Source of the DNA: Squalus acanthias
Taxonomy: Eukaryota
DNA: 64,000 bases
Direction of reading: 5' to 3'
Assembly: GCA_030390025.1 (NCBI GenBank)
Contig: CM059425.1
Span: 43,090,001-43,154,000, forward strand
A program made the position numbers and the translations under genes. Below, piece after piece: positions 1-12,637 of the stretch. Under the pieces are notes generated by a model that saw only the letters and a list, made by a program, of their open reading frames with translations, searched no databases and was not told where the DNA came from. How positions within the stretch are numbered: the stretch's first letter is position 1; every line of letters starts with the position of its first letter.

Positions 1-821
1 CCGCTGAATGATGTAAGCTGACACTGGTGGCCTTACCACTTACCTTTAATACTTGACTGGCTCTTTCAGCATTCTCTTCAAATCTTGTTCATGCCCTGTG
101 CTTTTTCCGCTTGCCTTCTCCCCTCACCTGGCATCCTGGTAATGTTCCAGCTCCTCTTCCTGCCATGTCTGGGCTGTTTTGGAAGTCTCATGTTTCTCGC
201 CGCCCACTCCACAGCACTCATGCTGTGTTGTAGAGAACTGTGCAAACTGTAAGTGTGCGCACCGGAAATTAAGATGTTAGCTGCTTTGACATCTCAGCAG
301 ATGCTTAGACTTCAGTTCATGCCATGTCTTTTAAACATGTGGGTTTAAAAAAAATAGCTTTTGTAGGCCTCATTTAAAATAAATGCAATAAAGTAAATAT
401 TTTAGATAAGCAGAAAATTAATATACATAATTTTATTTATGTCGCTTTTCACGTATACTTGAGCATGATTTGTGACTGAAAATAGTCTGTGAAAGGCCCT
501 GATATAGACCAGAATGAAAGGGTGAGCTACATAAGCTTAATTCTTAATGAAAACTTAATTCTCATGTAGTTCTTGATGTGAGCAGCATCATTAGGGTCTC
601 CCTTTCAAAAAATAATTCTGCAAAGAATAATGATCAAAATATTTTTGTTTGTTCTCTTCACTTTGGATTTTTGTTTTGTTGAAGCAAAAAATACCGTCGA
701 CGTTGGCTGAGGTTACCAGTGTAAAGAAGTTGCTGAGGCTGACTGGGCGAGAATTCGAGAGCCACTAATAAACCCAGGGGTGATTCAGAATGAAATGTGT
801 TGATTATATTCCTGTTTCCTA

Positions 822-1498
822 GGGGGAGAAATTCATTAGAGCCCCGTTTGGGGCACTAAATTTTAAAAGTTTGGCTAATGTTTCCAAACTTTAAAAAAAT
901 TTGGTTTTGCGCTCCAAGAAGGAAGTGGAGCGCTAAATCAAGCGCTAAATCAAGCACTCCACTCCCTTCTTGGAGCGCAATCAGCAGCAAGCGGGGCGGA
1001 GACTTCAGCAGCGCTGCACACTGGGCCGTGCAGTGCTGCCGCGTTCAAAGGCTCCTTCCCTTCCTTAAAAGGAAGGGCCATCGCTGCAGGCTCTGCAATA
1101 GAAAAAGTACCTACCTGGACCACCAAGGCAGCCGCGATCTCCACGCGATCAGCCCGACACTCAAGCAGAGTGCCGGGCTGATCGATCGCGGGCAGCAACC
1201 CGCGAAAAAAACTGCAACAAGAAAGTTAATTTTTTTTTTTACTTACCTCGGCCACCTCGCCTTTAATCATCGCCCCCGAAGTGGCCGGCCGACCGATGCA
1301 TGCCTCTTGCAGCTGTCTGTGTTTTCGACCGGCGCTGCTGCAAGGGGTGGAAGTCAATTTCGGGTCCGAGGCACTACCGGGGCGATGCGCACGGTGATGA
1401 TGTCATGATCTCGCCGAATATGGTGGGAGTCGATGACAGCGCCGCACCCAACTTCGCAAAGCCATGTGCGAGGCACAAAGGCACCCAACTTCGCCCCC
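822..1498. mobile_element. CpG-rich non-autonomous DNA transposon (PIF/Harbinger-like)
   Basis: TIRs GGGGGAGAAATT and GGGGGCGAAGTT (10/12); flanks CTA and TTA; sharp GC boundary. Confidence 0.7.
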
Positions 1499-1707
1499 TT
1501 AGTGTGAGTGCCCTTTCCTTTCTGCCCCAACACCACTGCAGCCTACACTTCCCCTCGGCTAGTTGGAGCAAAACCTGCACAAACATTGCTGTAATCCTAC
1601 TTTGGGAAGCATGAGCCAAAGGGTACTTGGGTCTGCAGCCAATGCCAGTAAAGACACATCATCGGATTCAGCTTGAGATACCAATCAGCAAGCAAGCAAG
1701 TGTAGCG

Positions 1708-2543
1708 AGGGCAAAAATCCAACCCTCCTGTGTTGCTGGACTCATTGCCCCGATCTTGGCTGGGGCGGGTTTTGTGAGCGGTGGGGAGGAATTTTGTTCC
1801 GTGTGCTATGGAGTTAACTCCACAGCGTGCGTCTTTTTTTCTCCAGCAGTTTCCCCGCCTGGAAGCCAGCCTGATTGACAGGTTTGGCTCCCTGTCGGGT
1901 GGGGAACGCTCTGGAGGAGGCCGCAGCCCAGGACCAGGTAGGGAGCCTGCAGCTGGATTAGTGGGAGTGTGGGGGGGGGGTGGTATTTGACTCCGGTGGG
2001 GAGGTGTGGTGGTCGCCGATCATGGTGGGGGGGGTTCTGATCTCCGATCCTTGGGGGGATCTGATTCCCGATCCCGGGGGGTGAGGAGGTCCAATTCCCG
2101 ATCCAGGGGATGGGGGTCCGATTTCTGATCCCAGGAGGTCCGATTGCAGGGGGGGCGGGGGTGGTCTTTGGATGGGAGTGGGGAGTCCAATGGTGAGCTG
2201 GGAGGAATCACCCCTGCTCCACTTGGCCCACAAGCAGTGCTGTAAAGGCACTTATCTTTTCTCTGAAGCAGTCCTCACCTCCCTTTAGCTGCTGGGTTTC
2301 CCGATCCCCGGGAAATGCGGCCAGCTAGGGTTAAACCTGGAAGACAGGTTAAATATGAGGCATGCAGCCACATCATAATATTTAAATGAGCAAGCTGCTT
2401 CCTGGGAGCGTGTTGGTTACCCGCCTCTATCCCGTCTCCAGTTAAACCAGAAGTGGGCGGGTTGGAGTCTGGTTTGAGATTTAAAATTTTTAAAAATCCC
2501 ACCCGACCCCAAGCCACCCGTTTTTTGTGATTAAAATTAAGTC
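1708..2543. mobile_element. GC-rich non-autonomous DNA transposon-like repeat
   Basis: GC island with internal CCGATC-G(n) degenerate repeats and motifs like those of 39721-40354; ends uncertain. Confidence 0.5.
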
Positions 2544-3017
2544 AGCACCCCAGTTGGGTTATCAGCACATTATGTTTCCCAAATTAATGGAATTGAACAG
2601 GAGAAAACAAAAAGATGTGGTGTTAATTATATTCCTTTTTAACCATTTAATTTTTTATTTTAAAAAGTAGTCAGAATGCGTGAGCACACCACTTTCAACT
2701 TTGTTTCACAGAAATGTAACATCGGTGGTGAAATTAGATCTGTGCCGAGTACTGTATATCTGCCTCAAGAAAATAGAGCTCCATATGTCAGCAAATTTTG
2801 CTCGTCTTACCCTGTAGTACAGGTTTAAAAATCCGCATTCCCCATTTAAAAAATATGTTTGTAATTATCAGGTGCAAGTAGTCAGCATACTTTGACGTGA
2901 TCAATCAAATGTGACATCTCTGGTTAGCGGAATATGGATCAGCATTAGTATAGATACCTTAAGAAGCCCCAGTGTTGCCCTCTGATGGTCCAGTGTGTTT
3001 ATAGAATGATAAATTAA

Positions 3018-3317
3018 GGGGTGCATCTTCAGGCCTCCCGCTCAGTGGAAATGGTGCCCCGAAAATGGTGGACAATGGACTACCTACCGCCCTGTTTGCG
3101 CCATTGCTGTGGCCACAGCAAAGTTCCCTGGGGCCTACCACTGTGCGGCCAAAGCTACCCCGAGTCAGGTGTTAAGCCTATTGAAAATGCAAATCGGGGT
3201 CTGATGATGTCAATCCCAGTGCTGATGAGACCGGGCCCTCAGTAATGGACCGGGCCTCCCGCCGGGACTGCTGGGCGGCCAGCTGCCCAAACTCCACTTG
3301 GGGAGAAAATCTACCCC
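3018..3317. mobile_element. PIF/Harbinger-like MITE
   Basis: Ends GGGGTGCATCTTC and (rc) GGGGTAGATTTTC; left flank TAA. Confidence 0.55.
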
Positions 3318-3516
3318 ATGGAATTTTACCGCGCAGATGGAAGCCTTTCGGCCCAGCGTGCCTGTGCTGGCTTTGAAAGAGCTGTCCACGTCGTAGCAGC
3401 GACCTCTGTTGAAAAAAATCTAAACTCTCCTTTTGTTTTTTCAATGATGATCTTAATCATGATAAAAATGAGAAGTCGCACAACACCAGGTTATAGTCCA
3501 ACAGATTTATTTAATT

Positions 3517-3555
3517 TTACAAGCTTTCGGAGCTATTCGCTCCTTCCTCAGGTAA
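3517..3555 (-). ncRNA. Minimal type I hammerhead ribozyme motif (inverted copy)
   Basis: Exact reverse complement of 3607-3645. Confidence 0.8.
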
Positions 3556-3606
3556 GTTAGCAGTGAGAGAATCTCCCAGATTCTGGGAGATTCTCTCACT
3601 GCTAAC

Positions 3607-3645
3607 TTACCTGAGGAAGGAGCGAATAGCTCCGAAAGCTTGTAA
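3607..3645 (+). ncRNA. Minimal type I hammerhead ribozyme motif
   Basis: TTAC-CTGAGGA-A-GGAGC-gaata-GCTCC-GAA-AGCT-T-GTAA: helix I TTAC/GTAA, core CUGANGA, 5-bp helix II, GAAA, palindromic AGCT helix III. Confidence 0.8.
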
Positions 3646-4409
3646 AATTAAATAAATCTGTTGGACTATAACCTGGTGTTGTGCGACTTCTCATTTTTGT
3701 CCACCCCAGTCCAACGCCGGCATCTCCACATCTTAATCATGATAGGTTGCTCAATGTGCCTCCACAGAATGCATGTGACACTAAAGCATTAGGGGCACAT
3801 GTGAGATTTTATAAAAGTTGGCACTGTTGATGAATGACATTGAGGTTATGTTCCTAATATGAAAGAGCTCAATTTCAATATGTAAAATATTAAAAATGTA
3901 TCAGCTGAATCTGGTCAGTGATTTATATTTATTAAATCAGTATGCATGAAGTCACTGTTTTTTTTCATTGATTCAACTATTAGGTTTGGTGTGGGAATAA
4001 ATCACTGCTGTCCAAATGTTTACTGTGTAACTGCAGCGATCATTATATCTTTCATTCTGGGCACTGCTTGAAGGAAAAATAATCTGAGGAGGAGACCTCC
4101 CCTTGACAGTGAAACCATGATTTATAAGTCAGCAGCCTGCAATGCATTTATTTATTTTGGAACTTGGATACTGAACTTTTCTTTATTTTCGTGTAAACAT
4201 AAAAGTTGTAGTTATTCATCTGGGTGTCCAAAGGACATGTGAGACTACATGTTATTGATTTGCTATCAGTCCATTTGATTTGTCTTAAGACAAATCAATT
4301 CTTTTTTTGATTAATCTCCAAAATTCACGAAGCGAGCACTAAAGAGCCATCTGTAATTGTTCTCATTTTCCTAAGGGAGTTTGGAATGGGGATTGGTGCT
4401 GATTGATTT

Positions 4410-4605
4410 CCTCCTTCCCAGCTTTCTGTCCTTTTCTCCCCTCTTGTCCCAAAGACACTGACTTATGCCGGGTTTCACCGGCATCAGCGGCCTTTCAGTA
4501 CCTCACCCAAATGGCCATTCTTCATGTGTGAACCTGGACCATGAGTGCCAGCTGGCTATTTGACTATGTAGGTCATCACAGCTAAACCCGATCCTGTCTT
4601 TACTT
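4410..4605 (-). mobile_element. Family X SINE-like fragment
   Basis: cccaaatggccattcttcatgtgtgaacctggac...catcacagctaaacccgatcctgtc motif shared with other copies. Confidence 0.6.
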
Positions 4606-4655
4606 TAAAATTCATACTCATCACTTTCCAAACGGAGAGACTGGATAGTGAGCTC

Positions 4656-4676
4656 GAGAGAGAGAGAGAGAGAGAG
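4656..4676. repeat. (GA)n microsatellite
   Basis: About 10 GA units. Confidence 0.9.
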
Positions 4677-4784
4677 CTTGGCAGACATTTTCTCTGTCTG
4701 GTCTAGACTGATGCTAGTTCTAGCACCCCAATTGCTGCTTTGGCTGGAATCGTTCTGGGGATCAAATATTTTAATTTCTTCTTG

Positions 4785-5430
4785 AGATATGGACGATGTT
4801 GGCAAGAATGCATTTATTGCCCATCCCTGAAGAAGTGGTGGTGGACCATCTCCTTGAACCATTGCAGTTCTTGTGATGATGGTGTTCCACAATGGTATTA
4901 GGTAGCAAATTCCCGAATTTTGACATTGTGATGATGAAAGAAAGGCATGTTTAAGGATAGTATGTGACTTGGAGGGGAAGTTGGAGGTGATGGTGTTTCC
5001 ACGACTTTGTTGCTCTTGTCCTTCTTGGTGGTATAGGTCGCAGGGGAAGGAGATGCTGTTGAAATAAGTTTGGCAGCTGCTATAGTGCATTCTATAGATA
5101 TTACATACTACAGCCACAGTACGCCAGGGGTGGAGGGATGGATATTGAGTTCAGTGGCAGAGGCATTGATCAAGTGACCTGCTTTGTCCTGGATGGCATC
5201 AAGCTTCTTGAGTGTTGTTACGGCTGCACGCATAGAGTATACCATAACACTCCTGCCTTGAGCCTTGTAGATGGTGGAGAGGCAAAGAGGAGTCAGGAAG
5301 TGAGCCACACATCACCAAATACCAAGTGTCTGCCCTGGTCTTGTAGCTACGGTGTTGATATAGCCAGTCCAATTAAGCTTCTGGCCAATGTTAACCTGCA
5401 GGATGTTGAAGGTGGGGAACTCGGCAATTG
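4785..5430 (-). mobile_element. Degenerate CR1-group LINE 3' part (A-tailed family)
   Basis: Minus-strand TTLKKLDAIQDKAGHLI motif; reverse complement matches 29660-29890. Confidence 0.75.
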
Positions 5431-5536
5431 TGGTGCAGTGGACTCCTCCAACTTTCGAACCTACCCTGAGAGAGAGGGACATCTAGATTGGTCAGTAAAT
5501 CCACAGTGGATGTTTTGATCACTGACCTTCAGGCCA

Positions 5537-5933
5537 CACCTCGATTTCAAAATTCTCATCCTTGTTTTCAAATCCCTCCATGGCATCGCCCCTCCCTATC
5601 GCTGTAATCTCCTTCAGCCCCACAACCCCCCCGAGATATCTACGCTCCTCTAATTCTGCCCTCTTGAGTATCCCTGATTACCATTGGTGGCCGTGCCTTC
5701 TGTTGCCTAGGCCCTAAGCTCTGGAATTCTCTGCCTAAACCTCTCCGCCTCGTTACCTCTCTTTCCTCCTTAAGATGCTCCTTAAAACCTACCTCTTTGA
5801 CCAAGCTTTTGGTCACCTGCCCTAATTTCTCCTTATGTGGCTCGGTGTCAAATCTTTATCTTTTAATACTCCTGTGAAGCGCCTTGGGCCGTTTTACTAT
5901 GTTAAAGGTGCTATATAAATACAAGTTGTTGTT
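5537..5933 (+). mobile_element. L2-type LINE 3' end
   Basis: FKILILVFKSLHG and LWNSLP motifs; tail aaaggtgctatataaatacaagttgttgtt. Confidence 0.88.
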
Positions 5934-6924
5934 AACAAGCAGTATTTTGAGGTGATATACATTTGTTTGATTGGAAAGAATTGACAATTTGCTGACTGTT
6001 TTTCAAATTTAAAACTTTTAATTAATCAAATAGAATAGAATATCATCTTGGATTGCTGAGAATGCAGCAATCACTAACTGAATACTATAAATCAGGAAAT
6101 AGTAATACAGTAGTACTTCACATAATCTGTGGCCACTGGCACTTTCACTTAAAATGATTTTTGCTGAAAAACATTTGCTGTAAATGAGTTAAAATTACAT
6201 TTGGGGTAAGTTTAAATGTGAATAATTGGAAAATTATTTCACAACTAAAATTTCCCGATGAACAGAATCTTTTCTCAAAGCGTATGGATCAAGCAGGGTT
6301 CACAATAGAATGGATTGCGAATGATCTGCAGAAGGAATGTGCTTGGTAGGATTTCTTTATCCATGCCTTTGTATGTTCGTAAAAGAACGTTTATCTTGTA
6401 ATGTTTTTGCTATTCCCCACAGATTAACCTCATACGGAAATGCTGTTTCCCTCTTTTGTGGCAAGGCTTCTTGTAACACCCAGTGCACTAATCTTCAATT
6501 AAACTCACCTGCTAATTTTCCTTCCCTCCTCTTCGGAAAACGTTTCCTTCAATGGAAGCCCAAATATGAATTTTCATTCAGAATAGGATCTCAAAGTTCA
6601 AACTTTGATGTTGTAACATTATAGCTACCAGACCACTTAGCCTTGTGCTTTAACGTAACATTGCAGCAGCACAGTATACCCTCAGCCCTGGCTAAATCAT
6701 CTTTCATTATTTTTCTGGGCAGCAAGACGAAAGTAGAGCTTGTATTCATTCCAGTAGTTCTATGTTGCAGTTCTATTAGTTTTACACCAGTACTATTTTG
6801 GGAGTGGTACAAGCGGCAGCACTGAGGAATACGGCCTCATTCTCACCACTTTCAAATTGGGAAAAGACAGAGCTCTGTGAATTGGTGGCTAAACACACGC
6901 GCGGCCAGTGTAGAATATTTAGTC

Positions 6925-7290
6925 AATTTGTTCCTCCTTTCCATCTCCTGAATCTTGCTGGAGTATAGTTCCACATCACACCCGCAGCACCTCTAGTACT
7001 TTGCCCAAACAGCCATATTAAACCTTTGAGTCTAGAAATTGAATGTTGGCAGGTTATTTGACCAGGTGGCATTATGGATTAGCCCGATTCTGACTTCATC
7101 CAATGTCCACGTGCGCACATTTTGCAGCAGGGGTCATTGAAAAGCAATCAAGGCTGGGAACTCTGGCTGATTTATTATTTTCCCTAGCTCAGGCATGCTG
7201 ACATCACTTATGACATCTCTACTGCCACCCTGGCTAAGGTCAGTCAACTCAGCTGGGATCTTCTGGTATGCAAGCAGTGTCTCTACCCAC
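6925..7290 (-). mobile_element. Family X SINE-like copy
   Basis: Shared motifs cagcaggggtca, ctggctgat, ccctagc and tcagtcaactcagc. Confidence 0.6.
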
Positions 7291-7337
7291 TAATGTTAGA
7301 AAAGAGACAATTGCTCCTCTCCTTTTCAAGCATCAGT

Positions 7338-7470
7338 CAACAACAACAACAATAACTTGCATTTATATAGCGCCTTTAACATCCCAAGGCGCTTCACAGG
7401 AGCGTTATCAAACAAAATTTGACACTGAGCCACATAAGAAGGTATTGGGGCAGCTGACCAAAAGCTTGGT
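7338..7470 (-). mobile_element. L2-type LINE 3' tail
   Basis: (caa)n-cttgcatttatatagcgcc; reverse complement of about 5795-5933. Confidence 0.8.
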
Positions 7471-7959
7471 TCGAGTCATAAAATACTTTTTGTCTGGTTT
7501 TAAATTTAAATGTTAAAGTTTCACATCTGATACAAAACGTTGAGGTGATGCTGGTTTATCTGCATTTTGTGGCATTGTGTCACTGAAACCCCTCCACAGT
7601 GACAGAAAATGTACAATGAAAATGTATGAACTTCAAATTCCTCTGATCTTATAAATAACTAATGTAGTAGTGCAGATTTTAAACAGAATGGTTTTTGTTG
7701 TGTATCTTTTTATAATAGACATATTGATCATTTTGAAATGAGACAGCCTCCTGGTATAATGGAATAAGCAAAATAAAGGGTCAGATGTAACTCCTGTGAT
7801 GTGGTTTTTTACATTTGATGTGAGCAGGAGGGAAATTCATACAGGCAGCGGAAGGATTGAATCAGATAAGGATGTGGATTTTAAATGACAAAGAAATTAG
7901 TTTCCAGGGTCTTTTGAGTGGTTTTCTATTGAACCCTGTGGAGTCTCACTGAAAGTTTC

Positions 7960-8640
7960 TAGTCAATGTGAAGCTGTTATCAACAAAGGTAATCAAATAC
8001 TAGGATGTATCTCAAAGGCATTTGTCTCTAAATCAAAACAAGTTTTTCTAACCTTGTATAAATCAGTGATGAGACTGCTTTTGGAATATTGTATGCAATT
8101 TATGGCAGTCCATTTTCCAAAGGACATTGAAGGGTTTGAGCTGGTTCAGAGAAGAGTGAAGTGGTTTCCAAAATTTCGATGCCTAAGTTACAAAGAAAGA
8201 GTCACAGAACTGAACTTGCTTTGATTAACACAAAGATGTGGGGAGAAGGCGGAGATATGGGGGCAGTTTTCCCAATAGGCACTGGTAGCGGGAAGCCTTG
8301 CGGCACTTAGCGGAAAATGGCAGCCATGTTGACCGTTGTTTTCCGGTCACTGAAATTAATAGATGGAAAACCACGTGCAGTGTCCTCATGTTTTTCTGAT
8401 ATGCACTGGTGGTGGGCAAGGTTTTCTGCTGCCAGCCCAAATTCAGAAAACTGTCACACTGATCCTGGTCTTTAAAATACTGATGAAAATGTAGCATGTG
8501 TCAAGCGAGACTAAAGATCGGAAGAATTTTTTTCTGCAGGTTGGTAGATATGTGAAATAAACTTTCAGCAAAGACAGTCAGCATGGTGATTAACTGCTTC
8601 AAAATTAACCAGGATAAATATTTGGTGAGGAATGAAGGTT
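7960..8640 (+). mobile_element. Very old CR1 LINE fragment interrupted by a MITE
   Basis: LYKSVMRLLLEYCMQ-like motif; GDM/ILVFKIL is split by the 8259-8459 insert. Confidence 0.65.
8259..8459. mobile_element. Palindromic MITE nested in an old CR1
   Basis: GGGCAGTTTTC...GAAAACTGTC ends with internal dyad symmetry; removing it restores CR1 GDMILVFKIL. Confidence 0.65.
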
Positions 8641-9774
8641 GGAGGGCTAAGTATAGACTGAGGTGATCAGATGCTCTACAGGGAATGATGGTTCTTGTGC
8701 TGCTGGGGCTGGGAGGTATGTTCTGTGGAGGGTATCATGTCATGCTTAAATGCTGGAAATGTGGCAATGGATAGATATTCAACTGTTTTGCTTGACTACC
8801 TCTGGCAATCAGGAAGAATTTGTACACAACTTTCTTTCAGGAGGTGAAATAGGTGAGATAAAGTCCATAGATTGTACATGATCAATGGAAGCAATGGGTT
8901 GAATAGACTTTTCTCATTCAATGCTTTTTTTATTTTACAGAAAGGTAACGTGAAGTTCCTTGAATCCTGACATTTATGATTTAACAAATAGCTACTGCAT
9001 CAAAATTCTTTACTATTTTCTGTTAATGTAGTTTATGCTTCTGTTCTGGAATAATAGACCAACGTTGCTGTTTGCAGCCTACATTGTTGGACTAGAATTT
9101 CCTGCCTATTGACTGTGAATGGATTTTTTTTAGTCAAGTTGGATGAAAATAATGCTTTCTCAGTCGATAGATGTCTGTTACTACAATAACATTTTGCTTA
9201 GTGGGGCTCCCCAGGAGTTAGATTTTACTGTACTTCCAGCCTTTCCTGTCACGCCACATTTTCTTGTTTCTTTAAGAGCCTTCAATCACGGAATGGCTTG
9301 TTCTCATCTTCACAAGTCTACAGGGGAGATGACACCCTGCAGTTAATAGCTTCAAATTATTACCCTTTCTAAATACGTTGGTGTAATTTTTATGGAAGAT
9401 ATATGCAGATTTTTTTGCATGACTGGTGATGCGGTGAGATAATGCCCTTTCACAGGCTTGTAAAACAGATTAAATAGGACCTTCAGCAAGAATTTTGTTG
9501 TGATTTTTAGTTAGCAGGAATCTACTAACAGCTGTGTGCATTTCCTCTATTTCACACCCAATCTTTAGGCCAGTTGCTAATGTCCATCGTAGTGGAAAAT
9601 GTAAAGTGAGTTTACTTCACAGCAGGTAGGCAGTGGGAAAAACCTTGTGAAATGTAGAATAGGACTGAGCAAAACACTTCTCAACTTCTCATCAAAATGT
9701 GCCAGACAGCATTTTGCATGGAATCGTTACTTTTAGCGGCAAAACTTTGTTCCAGAGGAAAACAATAAGGGACC

Positions 9775-10460
9775 AACAGCAGCAACTTGCATTTACATAG
9801 TGCCTCTAATGGAGAAAAATGTCCCAAAGTGCACAAAGAGGTGTAATCAAGAAAATGGATGCCAAACCAAAGAAGGAGGTGTTAGGAAGGGTGTCCAAAA
9901 GGGGGAAGGGGGATAGCAGTAGAGGCAGCGGAATGGATGATCTCCACCTTAATGTTAAAGCAATTCATGAGCTCCTCACACTTGTCAGGGGAAAAGGGTT
10001 TATGAAGGCAGTTTGTAGTGGAGAAAAGAAGCTGGGTGTTATCTTTGCTTTCCAGGATGATTCTGTAGTAGTGGGTAGCTATGGCAGAGCAGGCCAGGTA
10101 GAGCTAAATGTGCTATGGATGAATACTAAGCCGAGGGAATGGCCTGGGTGGGAGACGGTGACAGTTTCTCTTGGGACAAGGATAATAATGGTGGAGGTAA
10201 GGGAGTGGTTTGGTTAATTGATGGTTGCAGGTATTGTGGTGATTGGAGGGCCAAAGGCTAGTCAGTTGTGACATTGAAATTGCAGTTATATGTAAAGAGG
10301 TTTTTCCAGGGGCGGGAAGGGGGTAGGAGTGTATTGGTGGTGAGGGATACAAGAAATTGACCGGATGGCCAAGTCAGTGATCAAGACCACGGGAGTAGAG
10401 AGGCCACAGGAAATGGCGAAGTTGAGGGGATGGCCATGAATATGGGTTAGAGAATTTATA
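9775..10460 (-). mobile_element. Degenerate L2-type LINE (3' tail joined to an internal fragment)
   Basis: aacttgcatttacatagtgcc tail followed by purine-rich sequence typical of antisense L2. Confidence 0.6.
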
Positions 10461-11009
10461 AAGATATCTTGCCCAAACGGCCATACAAAATGAGTGAGCC
10501 TAGAAAGTGAATGTTGACAGATTTGTAAAGGTAAGTCATTTCATGCAAATATATGGAAAATTAAAGTATTTAAGTTAACCAAAGTACATATGAAAAAGTC
10601 TTATGTACAAGGGCAATATAGAAAAGACATGCTTTACAGCTATCAATTTGATATTTGTCTTGGGTAAATGTGGCAGACTTATTAATCTGGTGTATCAGAA
10701 TACCTGCTAAAAACTGATTCTGAATTGTATGTGCTAAACTTTCAGCATAATAGAGGCTTCTTTAGTTGATATCAGAATAACTACAATAAGCAAACTTCAT
10801 TATATGGATTGCTGGGTACTATAGAAACAAAATGATTTGTAATTTACTAAAGATACGTCATTAACCATAGAGTAAATTCTTTGATTTTGTACTTCAAGGG
10901 AGTATGGATTGGAGATTTGGGACTACAGATTTGTTGCCCTAATTCCTTCCCATTTTGGATTGGGGATTTTACTCTTATATTGCTACTTTTTCATTTTTTT
11001 TGATTGGGA

Positions 11010-11400
11010 AGTGGAGCTTTGTTTTGCAAATATTCTCCCATCTTCTCTTCTGGAATCAGTGACTCATGCTGGGCAGGGTTCTTCAGATACTGAACACCCA
11101 AGTGGCCATTCTTTATGTCAGAGCCGAGATAGTGAGTGTGAGCATGCTATTGATCTTGAAGGTCAGTCAGTGTCATTGTCGAGTTCAGCATCCACACATG
11201 GGTATTTTCTAGCTGGAGTCACTAGCTACCGATCAGGAACAAGAACCTTGCCCGATTTTCTCCTCCCTAGCCTGGGGTCAGTGAGGCTAATTGTAGAGCC
11301 TCAACTGCCTCTGTGGCTCAGATCAACTAACTCTGCCCAGACCAAGAATTGAACCTAGGTCTATTTCGTCTGCATTTCTTTAACAACTGAGGAGCTCCTC
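11010..11400 (-). mobile_element. Family X SINE-like copy
   Basis: Shared motifs cccaagtggccattc, gatcaggaac, ccctagcc and gctcagatcaactaactc. Confidence 0.6.
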
Positions 11401-12637
11401 ATATTGGTAATTACAACAAAATATGTAGTTGACGTAATGCTTCTTCAACTATTTACATAATATTAGTCATTTTATTGGGTTTTTAGAATATATTTGTAAC
11501 TTAAATTAATACCCTGTAGGCATTGTGACCTTTGCTAAGGGAAGATTTGGTCAAGGGTATGCTACTCATACATCTACTATTGTGGATTATCCTTGTTTAC
11601 TGTTGCCTCTGATGCCCTGTGCATGGTATAAAATATTCTCAGCTGTACTAGTGATCCCTCTGTGGGCCATAATTGTCATGGGGCACGATATGAGAGCCTT
11701 AAGTTGGTCAGCTTCCATGTGAGGCATTAGTTTCGGTAGCAGCTTTGTACTGTGCAGGATTTAATCTCCTTCGAAACCATACACCAGGATACACAAGGGG
11801 CTGACTCTTGTGTGTTTTTGCACTGATAGCTGCAATATCTCTGCACTATAGGAAAGTAATGACAGCGCAGGGCTTTGGGACCCTGAAAGCTGAACATCCA
11901 TGAAACAAGTTTAAAGGGGATTGTCTTGCTAAAAGACAAAATAAATTAACTAACAGTAAAGAAGATGCATTTGCCTTTGAGTCATCTCCTTAGTGGGAAC
12001 ATTTTCACACTTCAGAAGGTAGCTGCGAACTCAGGAACTGTGACTGATGGGTTGCAGATTCACAGGCATTGCCACAACAGTCTAGGTCAGAACCGTTTAA
12101 AATTTGGTCACTCTGCCCTGGCACACCAGGAAACCCAAGTGTATTCTCAAAACAAGTTCTTTGTTAATGGATCTGGTTAATTATTCATTGCTGGGGGCAA
12201 GGGTTATGCTATAGCAATTTATCAGTACACATTAAGTTCGCGATGCTGCAAGGCTTATTTTTCCTCTGATGAGATTTTGCAACAAAAGATCCCCTTTGCA
12301 ACATATTAATGTTTCAGTAATACAGCTCACTAAACCAGACTATCTCCTGAGCATTAAAAACATAGGCACATTCAACTCTTTGATGTACGGCTAATTATGA
12401 GTGTAAGAAGATGGGTAGTTATCAGGTGAGCCACCAGCCTCGCAGTTTGTTTTTGATAATTGTTTTCATGCTGTTCTTTTGCATATGGAAATGCACACGC
12501 TTTATGAATCAATTATGTTCTACGAGCCTAACCTACTGTTTTGAAGAGACTTAATACCGTCAGAAAAGTGACTGCTGAGCTAATAAGGATGAGTCGCAAT
12601 TAGTCCAAGTTGGCTAATGATTTTCTCCTCTTTTCAG

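Larger units (their letters stand above)
3464..3729. mobile_element. Penelope-like element remnant: two inverted pLTR ends plus 31-nt tail, with TSD
   Basis: Perfect palindrome 3464-3698 (117-bp arms, centre 3581) and unpaired extension 3699-3729. Flanking direct repeat ATCTTAATCATGATA at 3450-3464 and 3730-3744. Each arm has a hammerhead motif and AATAAA. Confidence 0.85.

Noticed and set aside
878-1408. 176-aa ORF and overlapping ORFs
   Set aside because: Inside a GC-rich TIR-bounded repeat, with no recognisable protein.
2030-2145. CCGATC-G(n) spaced repeats
   Set aside because: Degenerate low-complexity interior of a transposon-like element.
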